Below, piece after piece: positions 38,365 through 51,912 of a stretch of 64,000 nucleotides of DNA; the stretch's first letter is position 1; each line of letters opens with the position of its first letter. The stretch is from Octopus sinensis. Taxonomy: Eukaryota. The notes below the pieces were generated by a model that had not been told where the DNA came from, ran no database searches, and saw nothing but the letters and a program-made list of their open reading frames with translations. The DNA lies in contig NC_043001.1 in assembly GCF_006345805.1 (NCBI RefSeq), forward strand, positions 121,706,001 to 121,770,000. Reading direction: 5' to 3'. Both the position numbers and the translations under genes were made by a program.

Positions 38365-39717
38365 TTAATGCAATAATGTTTTTAGCGAAAACCGAAGTCT
38401 TAGTAAGTAGGAACGCAAACAAGTCACAAATCCCTTCAGGTAGATGACCCTGCTCGAGATGTAGAAAAAGCGTAGGTAGAAACTTCATAAGATGTACCTG
38501 GGGTGAGCTATGGACACATAAGAGGTGTAGCAATATCAGAGGAAGGTTAACAGGGAAGATAGTCTTAAAGTGTGGCAGATGCACAGGTACAATAAACACT
38601 AGAAATGTAAAGAAAATAGACTCCATCAAATGTCAGGCGGGGGGGGGACACCTAAAAATAGTTAATAGCTTCCATTATCTAGGTGACCAAATCAGCAGTG
38701 GAGGTGGATGCTCTGAGATTAAGAATAGGCTGGGCAAAGTTTAGAGAGCTTCTACCTCTGTTGGTAACAAAGGGCCTCTTCCTCAGATTGAAAGGCAGAC
38801 TATATGTTGCTTGTGTATGAACAGCCATGCTCCATAGCAGTGAAACGTGTACTATGACTGCAGAGAACATGCAAAGGCTTGAAAGAACTGAAGCTAGTAT
38901 GCTTTGCTAGAGGTGCAATGTCAGGGTGCATGAGTGACAGAGCATAAGTGTCTTGAGAGAAAAACTGGGTGTAAGAGGTATCAGATGTGGTGTGCAAGAG
39001 AGATGACTGAGCTGGTTTGGTCATATGAGGCATATGCATGAGAACAGCTGTGTAAAGAAGAGCCAATCTTTAACTGTGGAGGTGAACCATAGAAGAGGTA
39101 GACCCAAGAAGACATGGGACAAGATTGTGAAGCAGGATTTCCGAATGTTGGGCCTCAAAGAAGCGATGAGAAGTGATTGAGACCTTTGATGATATGCTGT
39201 GCTTGAGAAGACTCATCAAGCCAAGTGAAATCATAGTTGAGGCTGGTGCCATGTAAATGGCACCCATGAAATCATAAGTGTGACTGTTGCTGGGAGCATG
39301 ATCTTCATATGCTGGGCCTCCCAGAGGAGAGGGATGAGTTGGTGAAACATGATCTTCGAATGTTGGGCCTCACGGAGGCAATGACAACTGACTGCGCTTG
39401 AGAAGACTTGTCAAGCCAAGTGAAACTGTAGTCATGGCAACTGCCAGTGTCGTGTAAATGGAACTCATGAAATTGTAGTTGTGGCTGTTATCAGTGTCAT
39501 GTAAGTGGCACCTGTGCCAGTGGCATGTAAGAGACACCCATTACACTCTCAGGGTGGTTGACATTAGGAAAAGCATCCAACCGTAGAAACCACGCCAAAT
39601 CAGACTGGAACCTGGTGCAGCTCTCTGGCTAACCAGTTCCAGTCAATCCATCTAATCCATGCCAGCATGGAAAACAGACGTTAATTGATGGTGATGATGA
39701 TGATGATGATGATGATG
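38365..39717 (+). mobile_element. 5'-truncated RTE-clade LINE: decayed ORF2 C-terminus (38365-39228) plus 3' UTR and (gat)n tail
   Basis: Translates AKTEVLV...SFHYLGDQISSGGGC...WAKFRELLPLL...GRLY.ACV*TAMLHSSET...WFGH...RGRPKKTW...EKTHQAK*, with in-frame stops and a frameshift. The 3' UTR matches the many short copies in the window. Confidence 0.9.
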
Positions 39718-40231
39718 AATGTGTATAATATATGTAACATTCAGCAATTAAGAGCTGATAATGATGTGCTGAAACATCTGTAGCGATTTGTAATAAAAAC
39801 CTGTTCATTGCATCTTTTTACACATGTAAGTTCTTTCATTACTTTTAGTTTAATTATCATTAACTTAATTAAGTATGGGTTTGGGTGTTAATAATACAGA
39901 ATGTTATTGTGGCATTAGTGTAGCAGAATTGGTTTCAACAAAGTTCTCTCTATGAGATGCCTTAGATGGCGCTGGTCTGGTGCCTCGACATGCAAAAAAC
40001 ATTGATAAGACGCTTAAATGAAAATTACATGTGTTTCTATACAATTAACCCATAGGAAAGAGGGCAAAAATAACACACCCATTGTACATGTGTATGTGTG
40101 TGTGTGTGGTGTGTGTACACAATTGTGAACATGTGTATGTGAATGTTAGTTTTGTGTTTGAGTGTGTGTGTTCATTTTGATAATGGTGTGTTTTGCATTT
40201 AATGATGATGTGAAAATTTATGCAAATATAT

Positions 40232-40277
<46 letters not shown>

Positions 40278-40639
40278 AACCCAGACTCTATATACAAAAT
40301 TCTTTGCAGTATTTCTACTGAGGTTTTACATTCTGGGTTCAAATTCTGCCGTGTTCAACTTTACCTTCTCTCTGGGGTTAAAAAAATAAAGTACTTGTCT
40401 TGTACTGGGAGCCAGTGTAATCAACTGCCCCTCTTCATTCCCTAAAAATTATTGTCTAATCAGTGGTTCTCAGCAGGCCCCATATGACCCTTGGTAGTCC
40501 ATGGTAGCATTTTAGGGGTTAATGAAAAAAATTTGCTTTAGATATATTTATTGCAAAATATAAGTAGGTCTACACAGTTCATGTTTCCAGTCACTGAAGA
40601 ATGTTCTCTCAGACATTGCTATTGCAAACTTTCAGAAAT

Positions 40640-40950
40640 GGCGTGGGCATGGCTGGGTGGTAAGAAGCTTGCTTCCCAACCACATGGCTCCAGGTTCAGT
40701 CCCACTGCATGACACCTTGGGTGAGTGTCTTCTACTATAGCCTCAGGCTGACCAAGGCCTTGTGGGTGGATTTGGTAGATGGAAACTGAGACAAGTTCGT
40801 GTATATATACATGTATATGTGTGTGCGTGTGTGTCTGTGTTTGTTCCCCTTCCCATCTCTGCTTGGCAACTGGTGTTGGTCTGTTTACATACTCGTAACT
40901 TAGCAGTTTGGCAAAAGAGATCGATAAAATAAGTACTAGACTTCCAGAGA
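40640..40950 (+). mobile_element. SINE family A, 3'-truncated
   Basis: Matches the family A consensus. Confidence 0.8.
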
Positions 40951-41004
40951 ATAAGTCTAAGCATTCCGACCAGCGTGCTAACGATTCTGCCTGCTCACCA
41001 CCCT

Positions 41005-41270
41005 CATCATCATAGTATAATGTCCTCCTTCCATGCTGGCATGGGTTGGATGGTGTGACAGGAGCTGGCCAGACAGAAGACTGCACCGTGCTTTCCTGTC
41101 TGTTTTTGGTATGGTTTTTACAGCTGGATGCCCTTCACCAACCACTCCTCAGTGTAGACCTCAGTGCTTTTTATGTGGCACCAGCACATATGAGGTTAGT
41201 TTTGGCAAGGTTTTTCAGCTGGTTGCTCTTCCAAAGGCCAACCACTTTAAAGTGTGGACTGGATGCTTTT
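41005..41270 (-). mobile_element. RTE LINE 3' UTR copy
   Basis: Reverse complement of the 3' UTR. Confidence 0.7.
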
Positions 41271-42899
41271 TTTTTTAAGCACACCTAATGAAAAATTACT
41301 TCAAATTTCTTTAAGCTGTGCAGCCCACCTGATGGTGAGTCATGTCTGATGCAGTTGTTTCTTGGAAAAGAATGCCCATGTCAGTTCTAAATAGTCATAA
41401 GGAATAGCAATTCCCTCTCAAATCACAATCTAGTTTTGTTGTTGTTGTTGTTTTAAGGAAGGAAAGAAGATAGATGCCTTTGATCATGTCTACTGGATGA
41501 GGGTTTAAATAACAGCTTGAAATATGGATGAAAGAAAGTGGGAGGAGATAATAAAAGAAGTGATGAGGGTTGTGGTAGGAGGTGTAGTTAGAATGGGAGT
41601 GAGTGAATGGGTGGGAGAGATAATTACAAGCCGTTATATAGGTGGGAGAGCCGTTAACACCTCTACCTATCACCCTTTTACTGTGCTGGCCAACTGGTAG
41701 GCTGGTTGGTAAGATATGAGGGAGGACAAGGCTGATTAGAGAGAGAAAGACCTTTAGGAAGAAGGAGGAGAGAGTTGATAGGGAGGAGGAGGAGAAAGAG
41801 GAGGATAAAAAAAGCAGAAGAGTTGATATAGAAGAAAAAGTGTGAGAGGGAAATGTAAGAGGAAGATGTAAGAGAGAGAAGTGAGAAGGGAGAGGGAAAT
41901 GGTGATAGTTAAAAGGAAGTGGTAGAAGGGTTATCAGGGCAAAAAAGTTGGTAAAAGTAATGAGGGGGGGAATACAAAATAGAACGGAGTTATTACAAGG
42001 GGGGTAGGTACTGAAAAGTAACCATGCAGAGCTAAGTTCAATTCCTCCTATCAGAAGACAAAAAACTATCTGTAAGGTGCAAGAGCAGATGTGTGGTAAG
42101 TAGCTTGCTTATCAACCACATGGTTCCAGGTTCAGTCCCACTGCATGGCACCTTGGGCAAGTGTCTTCTACTATAGCCTTGGGCTATCTATCAATGTACA
42201 GAGAGGTAGAAAAAAGATATACCGTTAGTTTTTTTTATGTATTGTACTTTAGAATCATCACAGCAGACTCTGTTGTGAGGATTCTAAAATACAACAAGCT
42301 GTAAGAGACTATGTTTGATTTTTGCAGATAATAAAGATGCGTAGATTATGAATTTTGATTGAAGAGATGGGGCCTCGAAACGAAAAGTTGCAGGGGGCCT
42401 CTAAAAGTCATGGGATGGCCCTGTTTACCCCTTGTCAAATTAAGAGTTTAACACTTAGGAAATGGCATTTGAGCATTATCCTCTTCCTCAGAAGTCATGG
42501 ATCTTTGTTATATGGTGGACAGGGAGGAGGGAGGGATTGTTTTTTTTTTTTTTTTTTTTTTTGTTATCATAAATCTTGTATAAATTTCTTATCTGAATCA
42601 CAGGTGTCTGATCTAATTCCCAATTACTTGAAAATGGCCCAGATTCGTTACCTCTTTTTTTTTTTTGTTTTTTGGAGTTGTTTAACTTCCTTCAGTGGAT
42701 GACTCAGACATTCATTCTGAAGAATGAATTCAGTTCCTATAGAAACTTACAAAAAAAAAATAACAATAACAATACAGGACCAAAACAAAAGACTTTTAAA
42801 AATGGTTCTTTTAAAAGGAAACACAGAAGAGGAAAAGAAGAAAAAAGAAAGTATATATGAAAAACAACAACAAAAAAAATAAAGCAACACTTTCTGTTT

Positions 42900-43200
42900 G
42901 TATCATCATTATCATCCCCGTCAGTTTTATCACCATCACCATCACTGCCATCATCATCATCATCGTCTTTCACCTTCCTCATCAACATCATCATCATCAT
43001 CTTTCACCTTCCTCATCATCATCATCATCATCATTCACCTTTCTCATCATCATCATCATCATCATCACTATCACTGCCATCATTGTCGTGACCACCACCA
43101 CCACCACCATCACCACCATCATCATCATTGTCTGTCACCTTTATCATCATCATCACCTTCCTCATCACCATCATCAACATTATTATCAACATCACTATGA
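42900..43200 (+). repeat. (CAT)n/(CAC)n low-complexity region
   Basis: Direct reading. Confidence 0.9.
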
Positions 43201-43834
43201 TTTTTTTCCCCACCTTTTTGAATATATCTTTTAACAAACTTAACAACAAAATATTGATTATTTTACTGTGTGGCAGAAATTGCTTGGATGAGAGGGGATG
43301 GGGGTGAAACCCAGAAAAAAAATCAGTACAACAATAACAATAGCAATAATTTCTTTTATTGCCACAAGGGCAACAGTAAAAAACATTACAAGACTATACT
43401 AATAATGAGAAAAATAAACAATAACAAAAAAATTAATAAAAGAAAATTTAAGAAAAAAAAGCCAAAAAAAATTTTAATTTAAGAAAAAAGTCTTACATAT
43501 TTCATTAAGTCATCAATTCTGCTAGTCTTTTATTCCAATCAGTCAATTATTTATTTCATGTTTAGGAATAAAAAGAATTTAAAATCTGGAATATTTTAGT
43601 CGTTTATCAATCTAGTCTTTTCCTTTTTTTTTACATTACTTTCCAGCTTGATTGTTTGTTTTGTTTATTTTTGTTTTGCTTTTATTTATAGAATAATTTT
43701 CCAGCCTTTATTTGAACCGGCATCCTACATATTTGTATGCCTGCTCATTCTTTACAAGACATTTTAGCATTACCTTTAGATGACTAAATAGCTGATTCAG
43801 TTTTAGAAGTACCATGAAAAGCCGTTAGTTCTAG

Positions 43835-44226
43835 CTCTTTCCTCTTTTACTCTTTTACTTGTTTCAGTCATTTGATTGTGGCCATGCTGGAGCACCACCT
43901 TTTTTAGTCGAGCAAATCAACCCCAGGACTTATTTTTTGTAAGCCTAGTACTTATTTTAGCGGTCTCTTTTTGCCGAGCCACTAAGTTACGGGGACATAA
44001 ACACACCAGCATCAGTTGTCAAGCGATGTTGGGGGGACAAACACAGACACACATAGATACATATATATATATACATATATACAATGGGCTTCTTTCAGTT
44101 TCCGTCTACCAAATCCACTCACAAGGCTTTGGTCAGCCCGAGACTAGAGTAGAAGACACTTGCTCAAGGTACTACGCAGTGGGACTGAACCCAGGACCAT
44201 GTAGTTCGTAAGCAAGCCTATGCCTA
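43835..44226 (-). mobile_element. SINE family A
   Basis: Reverse complement of the family A consensus. Confidence 0.88.
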
Positions 44227-44389
44227 GGAGTGGGCTGTTAATTATTCGCTTCATGCTACTCTTCGTTGTAATCCTTGAACATTTAGATATTTCCCCTCCA
44301 ACTATCAGGACATTTGTCCTCCAGCAGTCTAGCTGTCTGTCTGCAGGCTGTTTAACCATCAACACTTCAGTTATTTAGCCATTTACCAT

Positions 44390-44628
44390 TTAATTCTTTA
44401 AAACCATAAGCACTTATACAGGCCAAAATCCGGTGAAAACTTTCTAGTTTATGTTCAGACTGGTTACATCCAACCTCTCATATCAAAGCTACACTGTCCT
44501 AAAACTAAATAATCACATCATTGAAATCCTGAAGCTTTGAGACACTGCATGAATAAATAAACACACAACAATGTGAATAGATAAGCATTGCATTTGACAG
44601 AATAATCTGAATGGAAAAGGGATAAACG
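44390..44628. mobile_element. Degenerate piggyBac-like MITE (second family)
   Basis: Ends gaatggaaaagggataa. Related fragment at 25410-25533 ends aaagggttaa. Confidence 0.4.
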
Positions 44629-44924
44629 TCTGTCCTGGTCCCACAGATATCAATATATATTCATCCTTCATTTGTCTAGACATTAATCTACCTACTACAT
44701 AACATCAGTCTACTTACATCTGTCTTAATATCAGCCCTCTTCCAGCTAATTCTAAATCAACCTTCCAGCTGTGAAAGTATACAGGAGATTTCAGCAATTG
44801 AAATCAGTTTTCTAGATACAACCAACAAGACAACAACCAAAGTATATCAGAGAATAAAGCAAGAGTTTGCAACCATCATCAACGTAGGCCCTGTGTGTCA
44901 GAATAAACTCTGGAACAAACAAGA

Positions 44925-45375
44925 GAGGCTTCGCTGATGTGGCCGATGACAGCACCGCCTGACTGGCGCCCGTGCCAGTGGAACATTAAAAGCACCATCC
45001 GAATGTGATTGTTGCCAGGACTGCTGACTGGCTCCCATGCTGGTGGCACATAAATAGCACCATTCGAGCATGTTCGTTACCAGTGTTGCTTTACTAGCAC
45101 TTGTGCGGGGTTGTTGCCAGTGCCACTGGACTGGCTCCTGTGCAGGTGGCACATTAAAAACACCATTTGAGCGTGACAATCGCCAGTACTGCCTGACTGG
45201 CCCTTGTGCCAGTGGCACATAAAAACACCCACTACACTCTCAGAGTGGTTGGCATTAGGAAGGGCAGCTGTAGAAACTTTGCCAGATCAAGATTGGAGCC
45301 TGGTGCAGCCATCTGGTTCACCAGTCCTCATTCAAATCATCCAACCCATACTAGCATGGAAAGCAGACATTAAAC

Positions 45376-45408
<33 letters not shown>
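44925..45408 (+). mobile_element. RTE LINE 3' UTR with 4 subrepeats
   Basis: aaa(a)gcacc-type anchors at ~44988, 45055, 45157 and 45222; (gat)n tail. Confidence 0.85.
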
Positions 45409-46639
45409 ATGATAATAACAATAATGAATTCCAAGGAGCACTATTTGTTGACACTGCATATTGGGGTGAATTAGGTTACTGATTTATGAGAGATTAAATG
45501 GAAAAAAAAAACTCAAAAAAAAAACCTTAAAATTAACTCAAAGAAAAAAAATGGGCAAATTGGATCAGTAAGATATACTTATTCAAAAAATATACCAATA
45601 CAAGATAAATGCGTTAGGTTTGCAAATCAAAACCCATTAGTATGCATTAAAGTTTGAAATGAAATATATCATATGAGATGTTTAGAAAGGGAATGTAAGA
45701 ATATTGTCACGACTTATAAAGGAGAAACTTCATGTAGCAAAGGTGAAAGAATACACAGGTGTGAAAACAATGACATTAAATGAACATCAGTACTCTACTA
45801 ACATGCTAAAGATGAATATGACAGCCATATCAAGATAAAAATCTTTTAAACACATATATGTAATCCAACACTTTGGTAGCTTACAGAGGCAATGCACATA
45901 CTAAAGGCAGATTCCAAGCCTTCCTGCCCTCGAGAGAAAGTGTAATTGGGAAAAAAATATTATTGTGGTCACCACTACCTTTATTAAACCTCAGGCATAA
46001 ATATCTTCAGCACCACAACCTCCAAGAGGTTAACAATGATATGAAGATAACATAATCTATATTTCTGGTATTACAATATCAGATGATTAACATATTATAC
46101 ATACATAAGAGCACATACGTATGAATGTATGTATGAATACAAATGTGCAAGCATAAATATATGCATATATGTGGATATATGTGCATGACTGCATTTGTGT
46201 GTGTATGTGTGTGTGTGTGTGTGCACATATGAAGATAAGTAAAGACAAGTATTTGTGAGAAGCAGACATCAATCCAATTAGTGCTAAAAGTTAACACACA
46301 TGACTGGATAAAAATAAATGTAAGAGAATAAATGACAATCCACACACTGTTTGATAGAACAAAGAATTACAGCAACAACAGTAACAAAAACAGAAGCATA
46401 CACAGACACACACATATATATACATATGATGGGCTTCTTTCAGTTTCCATCTACCAAATTCACTCATAAGGCTTTGGCGAGCCTAAGTCTATAGTAGAAG
46501 ACACTCAGCGAAGGTGTCACGCAGTGGGACTGAACCCAGAGCTATGTGATTAATGAGTGTATGTGTGTAAGTATACATGTATATACATATACATATACAT
46601 GTATATATAAATACATATATATACACACGCACACACACA

Positions 46640-46693
<54 letters not shown>

Positions 46694-46729
46694 GGAGTAA
46701 ACACATAAATGTGAAACAAGGTGGAAAAA

Positions 46730-46767
46730 CTGTCTGATGAACGGCAACGAGAAACTCAGAGTAACAG
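46730..46767 (+). ncRNA. Minimal type I hammerhead ribozyme motif with intact core
   Basis: CUGU-CUGAUGA-A-CG-GCAA-CG-A-GAAA-CUC-A-GAG-U-A-ACAG: 4-bp stem I, GNRA-capped stem II, palindromic ACUC-A-GAGU stem III and GUA cleavage triplet. Confidence 0.7.
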
Positions 46768-46859
46768 ATTTTGTTGAATTTTTTGCTGCTTAAAATAAAG
46801 TATATATATATATTATATATATATATATATATTATATATATATATGTGTGTGTGTGTGT

Positions 46860-47050
46860 GACCTCGTGTGTACGGTTGTTGATTTTTTTTTCCTCTGTCT
46901 TCCCTTCTCTGGATCTTTCCTACTCCTATGTTCCGACGAAGAGCTCCGCTTGAAACATTAAACCCTCCTTCTTTCCTGAGCATCCAATAATACTATATTT
47001 GTTCCACGTCCTCGCGTTGTGTTTTTTTGTGCTTTCTTGTTTGGATTAAC
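46860..47050 (+). mobile_element. Penelope-pLTR-like repeat with hammerhead-like motif (46930-46963)
   Basis: gtt-CCGACGA-A-gagc-tcc-gctt-GAAAC-AT-T-aaac; homologous to the minus strand of 53330-53470. Confidence 0.55.
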
Positions 47051-47680
47051 TATTTATATAAATACATGTATGTGTGAGTATATATATATATATATATATA
47101 TATGTTCATTTATATATAAATATATATATACACACATATATACATATATATATACACACACATGCAAACACACACGCTCACACACACACACACATGCACA
47201 CGTATATGCTCCACATGAAGAAGTGAGTGGGTGTAATGAAATACTAAGATCAAAGTAGTGACTGCAGCACCAAACACATAAGCACTCACCATCACAAAAA
47301 CACACATAGAAGCGACAACTCCCCAATTAAAAATCATAGAGACAGAAACACACAAAAAGATGCACACGACGCATACATTTCAAGACTATGAAACAGAGAA
47401 CTTGATCAAAAACCACCATTAGCCAGCCAGACATGAACACACAGCTAGGGAGTGAGCATTGTCATTAGCTGCGAAGGAAGAACTTTGACAAATCAATTGA
47501 TTAATTAATTAATTATGAAATTAATTAACAAAAAAATCTGAAATGAATTGCAAACAGTGGGTGGGTATTTTCTTTTCTTTGCAGTATGTCTCTCCCAGAC
47601 TACATTATCTGTTTCAACACATGGTTTTCCTTAAAAGAAACTTGCAATATATAATATATATAATAATAATAATAATAATG

Positions 47681-47722
<42 letters not shown>

Positions 47723-47769
47723 TATATATATATGCATGTATATATATATATATATATATACACACACAA

Positions 47770-47945
47770 CACACAAAAATGCATATATGGGTACAGAATC
47801 TCAAAAACAGTAAACAACATGAAATACGTAAACAAATGAGTAATATACACAAACAATGACAGTATCAAAATGGAAAACTGGACAAGTAACACAAAGAACG
47901 ACCCTTCATCAGTTGTCTCCTGCCAATCTACTCCTCATTTCAAGC
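47770..47945. mobile_element. Unclassified interspersed repeat (second copy at ~10440-10600)
   Basis: Shared atatgggtaca...aaacaaatgag...aagtaacaca.agaa.gacccttcatcagtt. Confidence 0.6.
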
Positions 47946-48380
47946 ATTCTTTTATTCTTTAATGTTTTCCAGTCATTTGACTGCGGCCATGCTGGAGCAC
48001 CGCCTTTAGTCGAGCAATTGACCCCAGGACTTATTCTTTGTAAGCCTTGTACTTATTCTATTGGTCTCTGATGCCGAACCGCTAAGTTCCAAGGGCATGA
48101 ACAGACCAACATCCATCCGTCCGTCCGTCTGTCTGTCTATCTATCTATCCATGTATCTATCTATCCAGCATCTATCTATCTATCCATCTCTCTCTTTCTC
48201 TCCATCCATCCATCCATCATCTATCTATTCATGTTTGTGTATGTGTGTGTTTGTGTCTATATATATATATATATATTATATATAAGCAAACAACTAACAC
48301 ACATATGCACTTACATCTACTAACCTGCAAGAAAATAGGAGTTTGGTGCATATATACTCAAATACACACACACACATGCA

Positions 48381-48411
<31 letters not shown>

Positions 48412-49054
48412 GCAACAGGCTTGAGTTTGTTGTTGACATTTAGAAATAAAATCAGTTTTTTGACATTTCTCAACCAATTCCAAAGAACACTTGAGATTGA
48501 AGTGGCACAATGATGTTGTCATTAAGTGATACTTTCTCAAAACTATCTCTGCTGAATACAACTGACCTTTATTAGAAATTCTTCAGCTGGTCTGGCCATT
48601 TATGTCTTTTCAACATTTCAACACTGCAACATGTTATAAGCGTTCCATACAAACACCTACACACCTATATATACATATATATATATATATAGCTTGGTAC
48701 CATAGGTTTCATGTGAATATATTCACAATTATCCAATTGGGGTTTCGCTAATGGATAACAATCCTGCCGTCTTCATAGAAACCTATAGCATTAGACTATT
48801 GAATTCTATTTGGAAAAAAAAAATATCTATCAATCAGTGTGGTGTTCAGAACTCATTCTTCTACTTTGTCACTATTATGTGTGTGGTTGTGTGCGTATGT
48901 GTGTGTGTGCATGTACACATATACACATACACGCACAAATATACATGCACAAACACACACACACACATGTATATAATATGCACATATATATGCACACACA
49001 CATGTATACAATACATACATATATGTCTTTATGAACATACATTTGCGTGTGTGA

Positions 49055-49140
<86 letters not shown>

Positions 49141-49253
49141 TATATATACAGACATACACACATACATATATTGGTGTATGTATGTATTACATGTATATCT
49201 ATATACATACATACACACATAGATACATTAGTGTGTGTGTGTTTGTATATATG

Positions 49254-49299
<46 letters not shown>

Positions 49300-49756
49300 T
49301 ACACACACACACAACATACATGTATGTCTTTATATATAAACATATAGTTACACACATGTGTGTGTTTACATATATATTTTTTTTACATATACATATTTAA
49401 ACATACAATCATTTACAAACCACATGTGATGTTTAGACAAGTGTATACGCAAATACTCAGACACATAAACAAAACACACATGTTCATTTAGTTATTGTTA
49501 ATGAATCATTTGGTTGTTAATTAATTTAATTTCTCAAAAACAAATTTTTCTTTACATCAATCTGTGACATCCTCATGCATGTATGTATGTATGTATGTAT
49601 GTATGTATGTATGTATGTATGTATGTATGTATGTATGAATGTATGTATATATGTATGCATACATGTATACATGCATGCATATATGTATGTATACATGCAT
49701 GTATGTACATGTGTGTATGTGTGTATGCATATGTATATGTGTGTGTGTATTTATAT

Positions 49757-49799
<43 letters not shown>

Positions 49800-49944
49800 T
49801 GTTTATTGACTTGCCTAACTTGCTTATCCTTACATTTGCTCCTCTACCAGCTCAAGTTTAAATCTCTTAAGCACTATGAAGTGTATTCTATACAGAGAAT
49901 ATCTGTCTTTCATCTATATACTATGTATATATATATACATATAT

Positions 49945-50275
49945 ATATACTGCCAGTGGCATGTAAAAGGCACCATTCAAGCATAGTCGATGCCACTGCA
50001 GCCTGACTGGTCCTGTGCCAGTGGTACGTGATTAGCACCATTCTTTTGTGGTCATTGCCAGTGCTGCCTGTCTGGCTCCTGTGCCAGTGGTACATAAAAA
50101 GCACCCACTACACTCTTAGAATGATTGGTGTTAGGAAGGGCGTCCAGCTGTAGAAACTTTGCCAGATCAGATTGGAGATTGGTGCAGCCTTCTGGCTTGC
50201 GAGCCCTCAGTCAAACCGTCCAAACCATGTCAGCATGGAAAGTGAACATTAAACGACAACAATGATGATGATGAT
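49945..50275 (+). mobile_element. RTE LINE 3' UTR copy
   Basis: Three subrepeats and a tail. Confidence 0.85.
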
Positions 50276-50344
50276 ATGTATAAACACACACTCACACACA
50301 TACACACACACACATACACACGCACATATGACTAACACTTGGAA

Positions 50345-50428
50345 ATAGCACTGAAACGATGGTTTTTACAATTAAGTGACTGATATATAGCACTGAAAAG
50401 ATGGTTTTTACAATTAAGTGACTGATAT
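50345..50428 (+). repeat. 42-bp tandem duplication
   Basis: atagcactgaaa(c/a)gatggtttttacaattaagtgactgatat occurs twice. Confidence 0.9.
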
Positions 50429-50824
50429 ATCGGTTAGAAGGAGAAAATAAATAATAATAATAAAATCAACAAACATGAAGATAACAGCCAGAAAACAGAT
50501 GCTGCATTGATAAAAAAAAATTAAAATTAAAATTAAAATATCAACAAATTTCTAGGCCAAAATAGCACCACCCTACAAAAATCTCAAGTTGAAACATTTT
50601 AAAAATCATTTCTTGTTTGTATTATTTAGAAACTTTATCGCACCACAGTCAATTTACATCATGGAATCATATTTAAATAATTTGTCAGACCCTACAATAT
50701 GCTATAAAAAAATTGACAATAATATTTACATATATATATATATATATGTATATATGTCTGTGTGTATGTATGTGTAGATATGTGTGTGCATGTGTATATA
50801 TATATTTTTATATATATTATATAT

Positions 50825-51265
50825 GTTTATTTCTTTATTGCCCACAGGGGACTAAATATAGAGAGGACAAACAAGGACCGACAAAATGATATGGTTGATT
50901 ACATCGACTGCAGTGTGTAATTGGTACTTACTTAATTGACCCCGAATGGATGCAGGGCAAAGCTGACCTCGGTGGAATTTGAACTCAGAACGTAACAGCA
51001 GATGAAATACCGCTAAGCATTTCACCTGGCGTGCAAACGATTCTGCCAACTCACTACCCTAAATATTATATATATTTATTTCTTTATTGCCTACAGGTGG
51101 TGGGAGCTAAACATAGAGGGAACAAACAAGGACAGAGAAAGGGATTAGGTCGATTACATCAACCATAGTGTGTAACTGGTACTTATCTAATCGACCCCGA
51201 AAGGATGAAAAGCAAAGTTAACCTCGGCAGAGTTTGAACTCAGAATGTAATGACAGATGAAATAC
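50825..51265 (-). mobile_element. Two tandem SINE family C copies
   Basis: ~50825-51055 and ~51072-51265, reverse complement of family C. Confidence 0.85.
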
Positions 51266-51519
51266 AGGGTGCAGCAGAAAGAACGCCCCAATTTCAAAGG
51301 TTAATAAAAAAGAAACACATGAAGATGCATGAAAAATCTTTGTATTTCTATGAAGTTCATTAAATACCATTTTTTTTTCTGTTTCAAGTATGACCCACCA
51401 TGGCCTGGAGTGGAGAGCATCATACATTTGTTGTTGAAGAGTTTGTTTTGTTTTTGTATCTTCATGTGTTTGTTTCTTTTATGAACCTTTGAAACTGGGG
51501 CAACCTTTCTGTCACACCT

Positions 51520-51912
51520 TGTATATCAGTCGTAAAAACCATGCCAAAGTAGACAATGGAACTTGGTACAATACTCTGGCTTACCAGCTCTTGTCAAACC
51601 CTCCAACCCATGCAAGCCTTGAAGATGGACGTGGCCGGTGCCAGTACCCCTTGACTGGCCCTTGTGCTGGTGGCACATAAAAAGCACTATCTGAACATGA
51701 TCGATGCCAAGCCCGCCTGACTGGCTCCTGTGCTAGCGGCACGTAAAAAGCACCCACTACACTCTCAGAGTGGTTGGCATTACAAAGGGCAACCAGCTGT
51801 AGAAACATTGTCAGATCAGATTGGAGCCCGGTGCAGCTTTTGGCTCTCCAGACCCCAGTCAAACCGTCAAACCCATGCCAGCATGGAAAATGGATGTTAA
51901 ACAATGATGATG
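51520..51912 (+). mobile_element. RTE LINE 3' UTR copy(ies)
   Basis: A partial UTR at 51520-51630 followed by a complete UTR with tail. Confidence 0.8.

Noticed and set aside
42355-42423. hAT-like right terminus (ggatggccctg)
   Set aside because: No matching left TIR or TSD was found.
47900-47945. CUGAUGA on the minus strand (also 10557-10563) as a further hammerhead
   Set aside because: No downstream stem II closed by GAAA and no convincing stem I or III pairing could be built.
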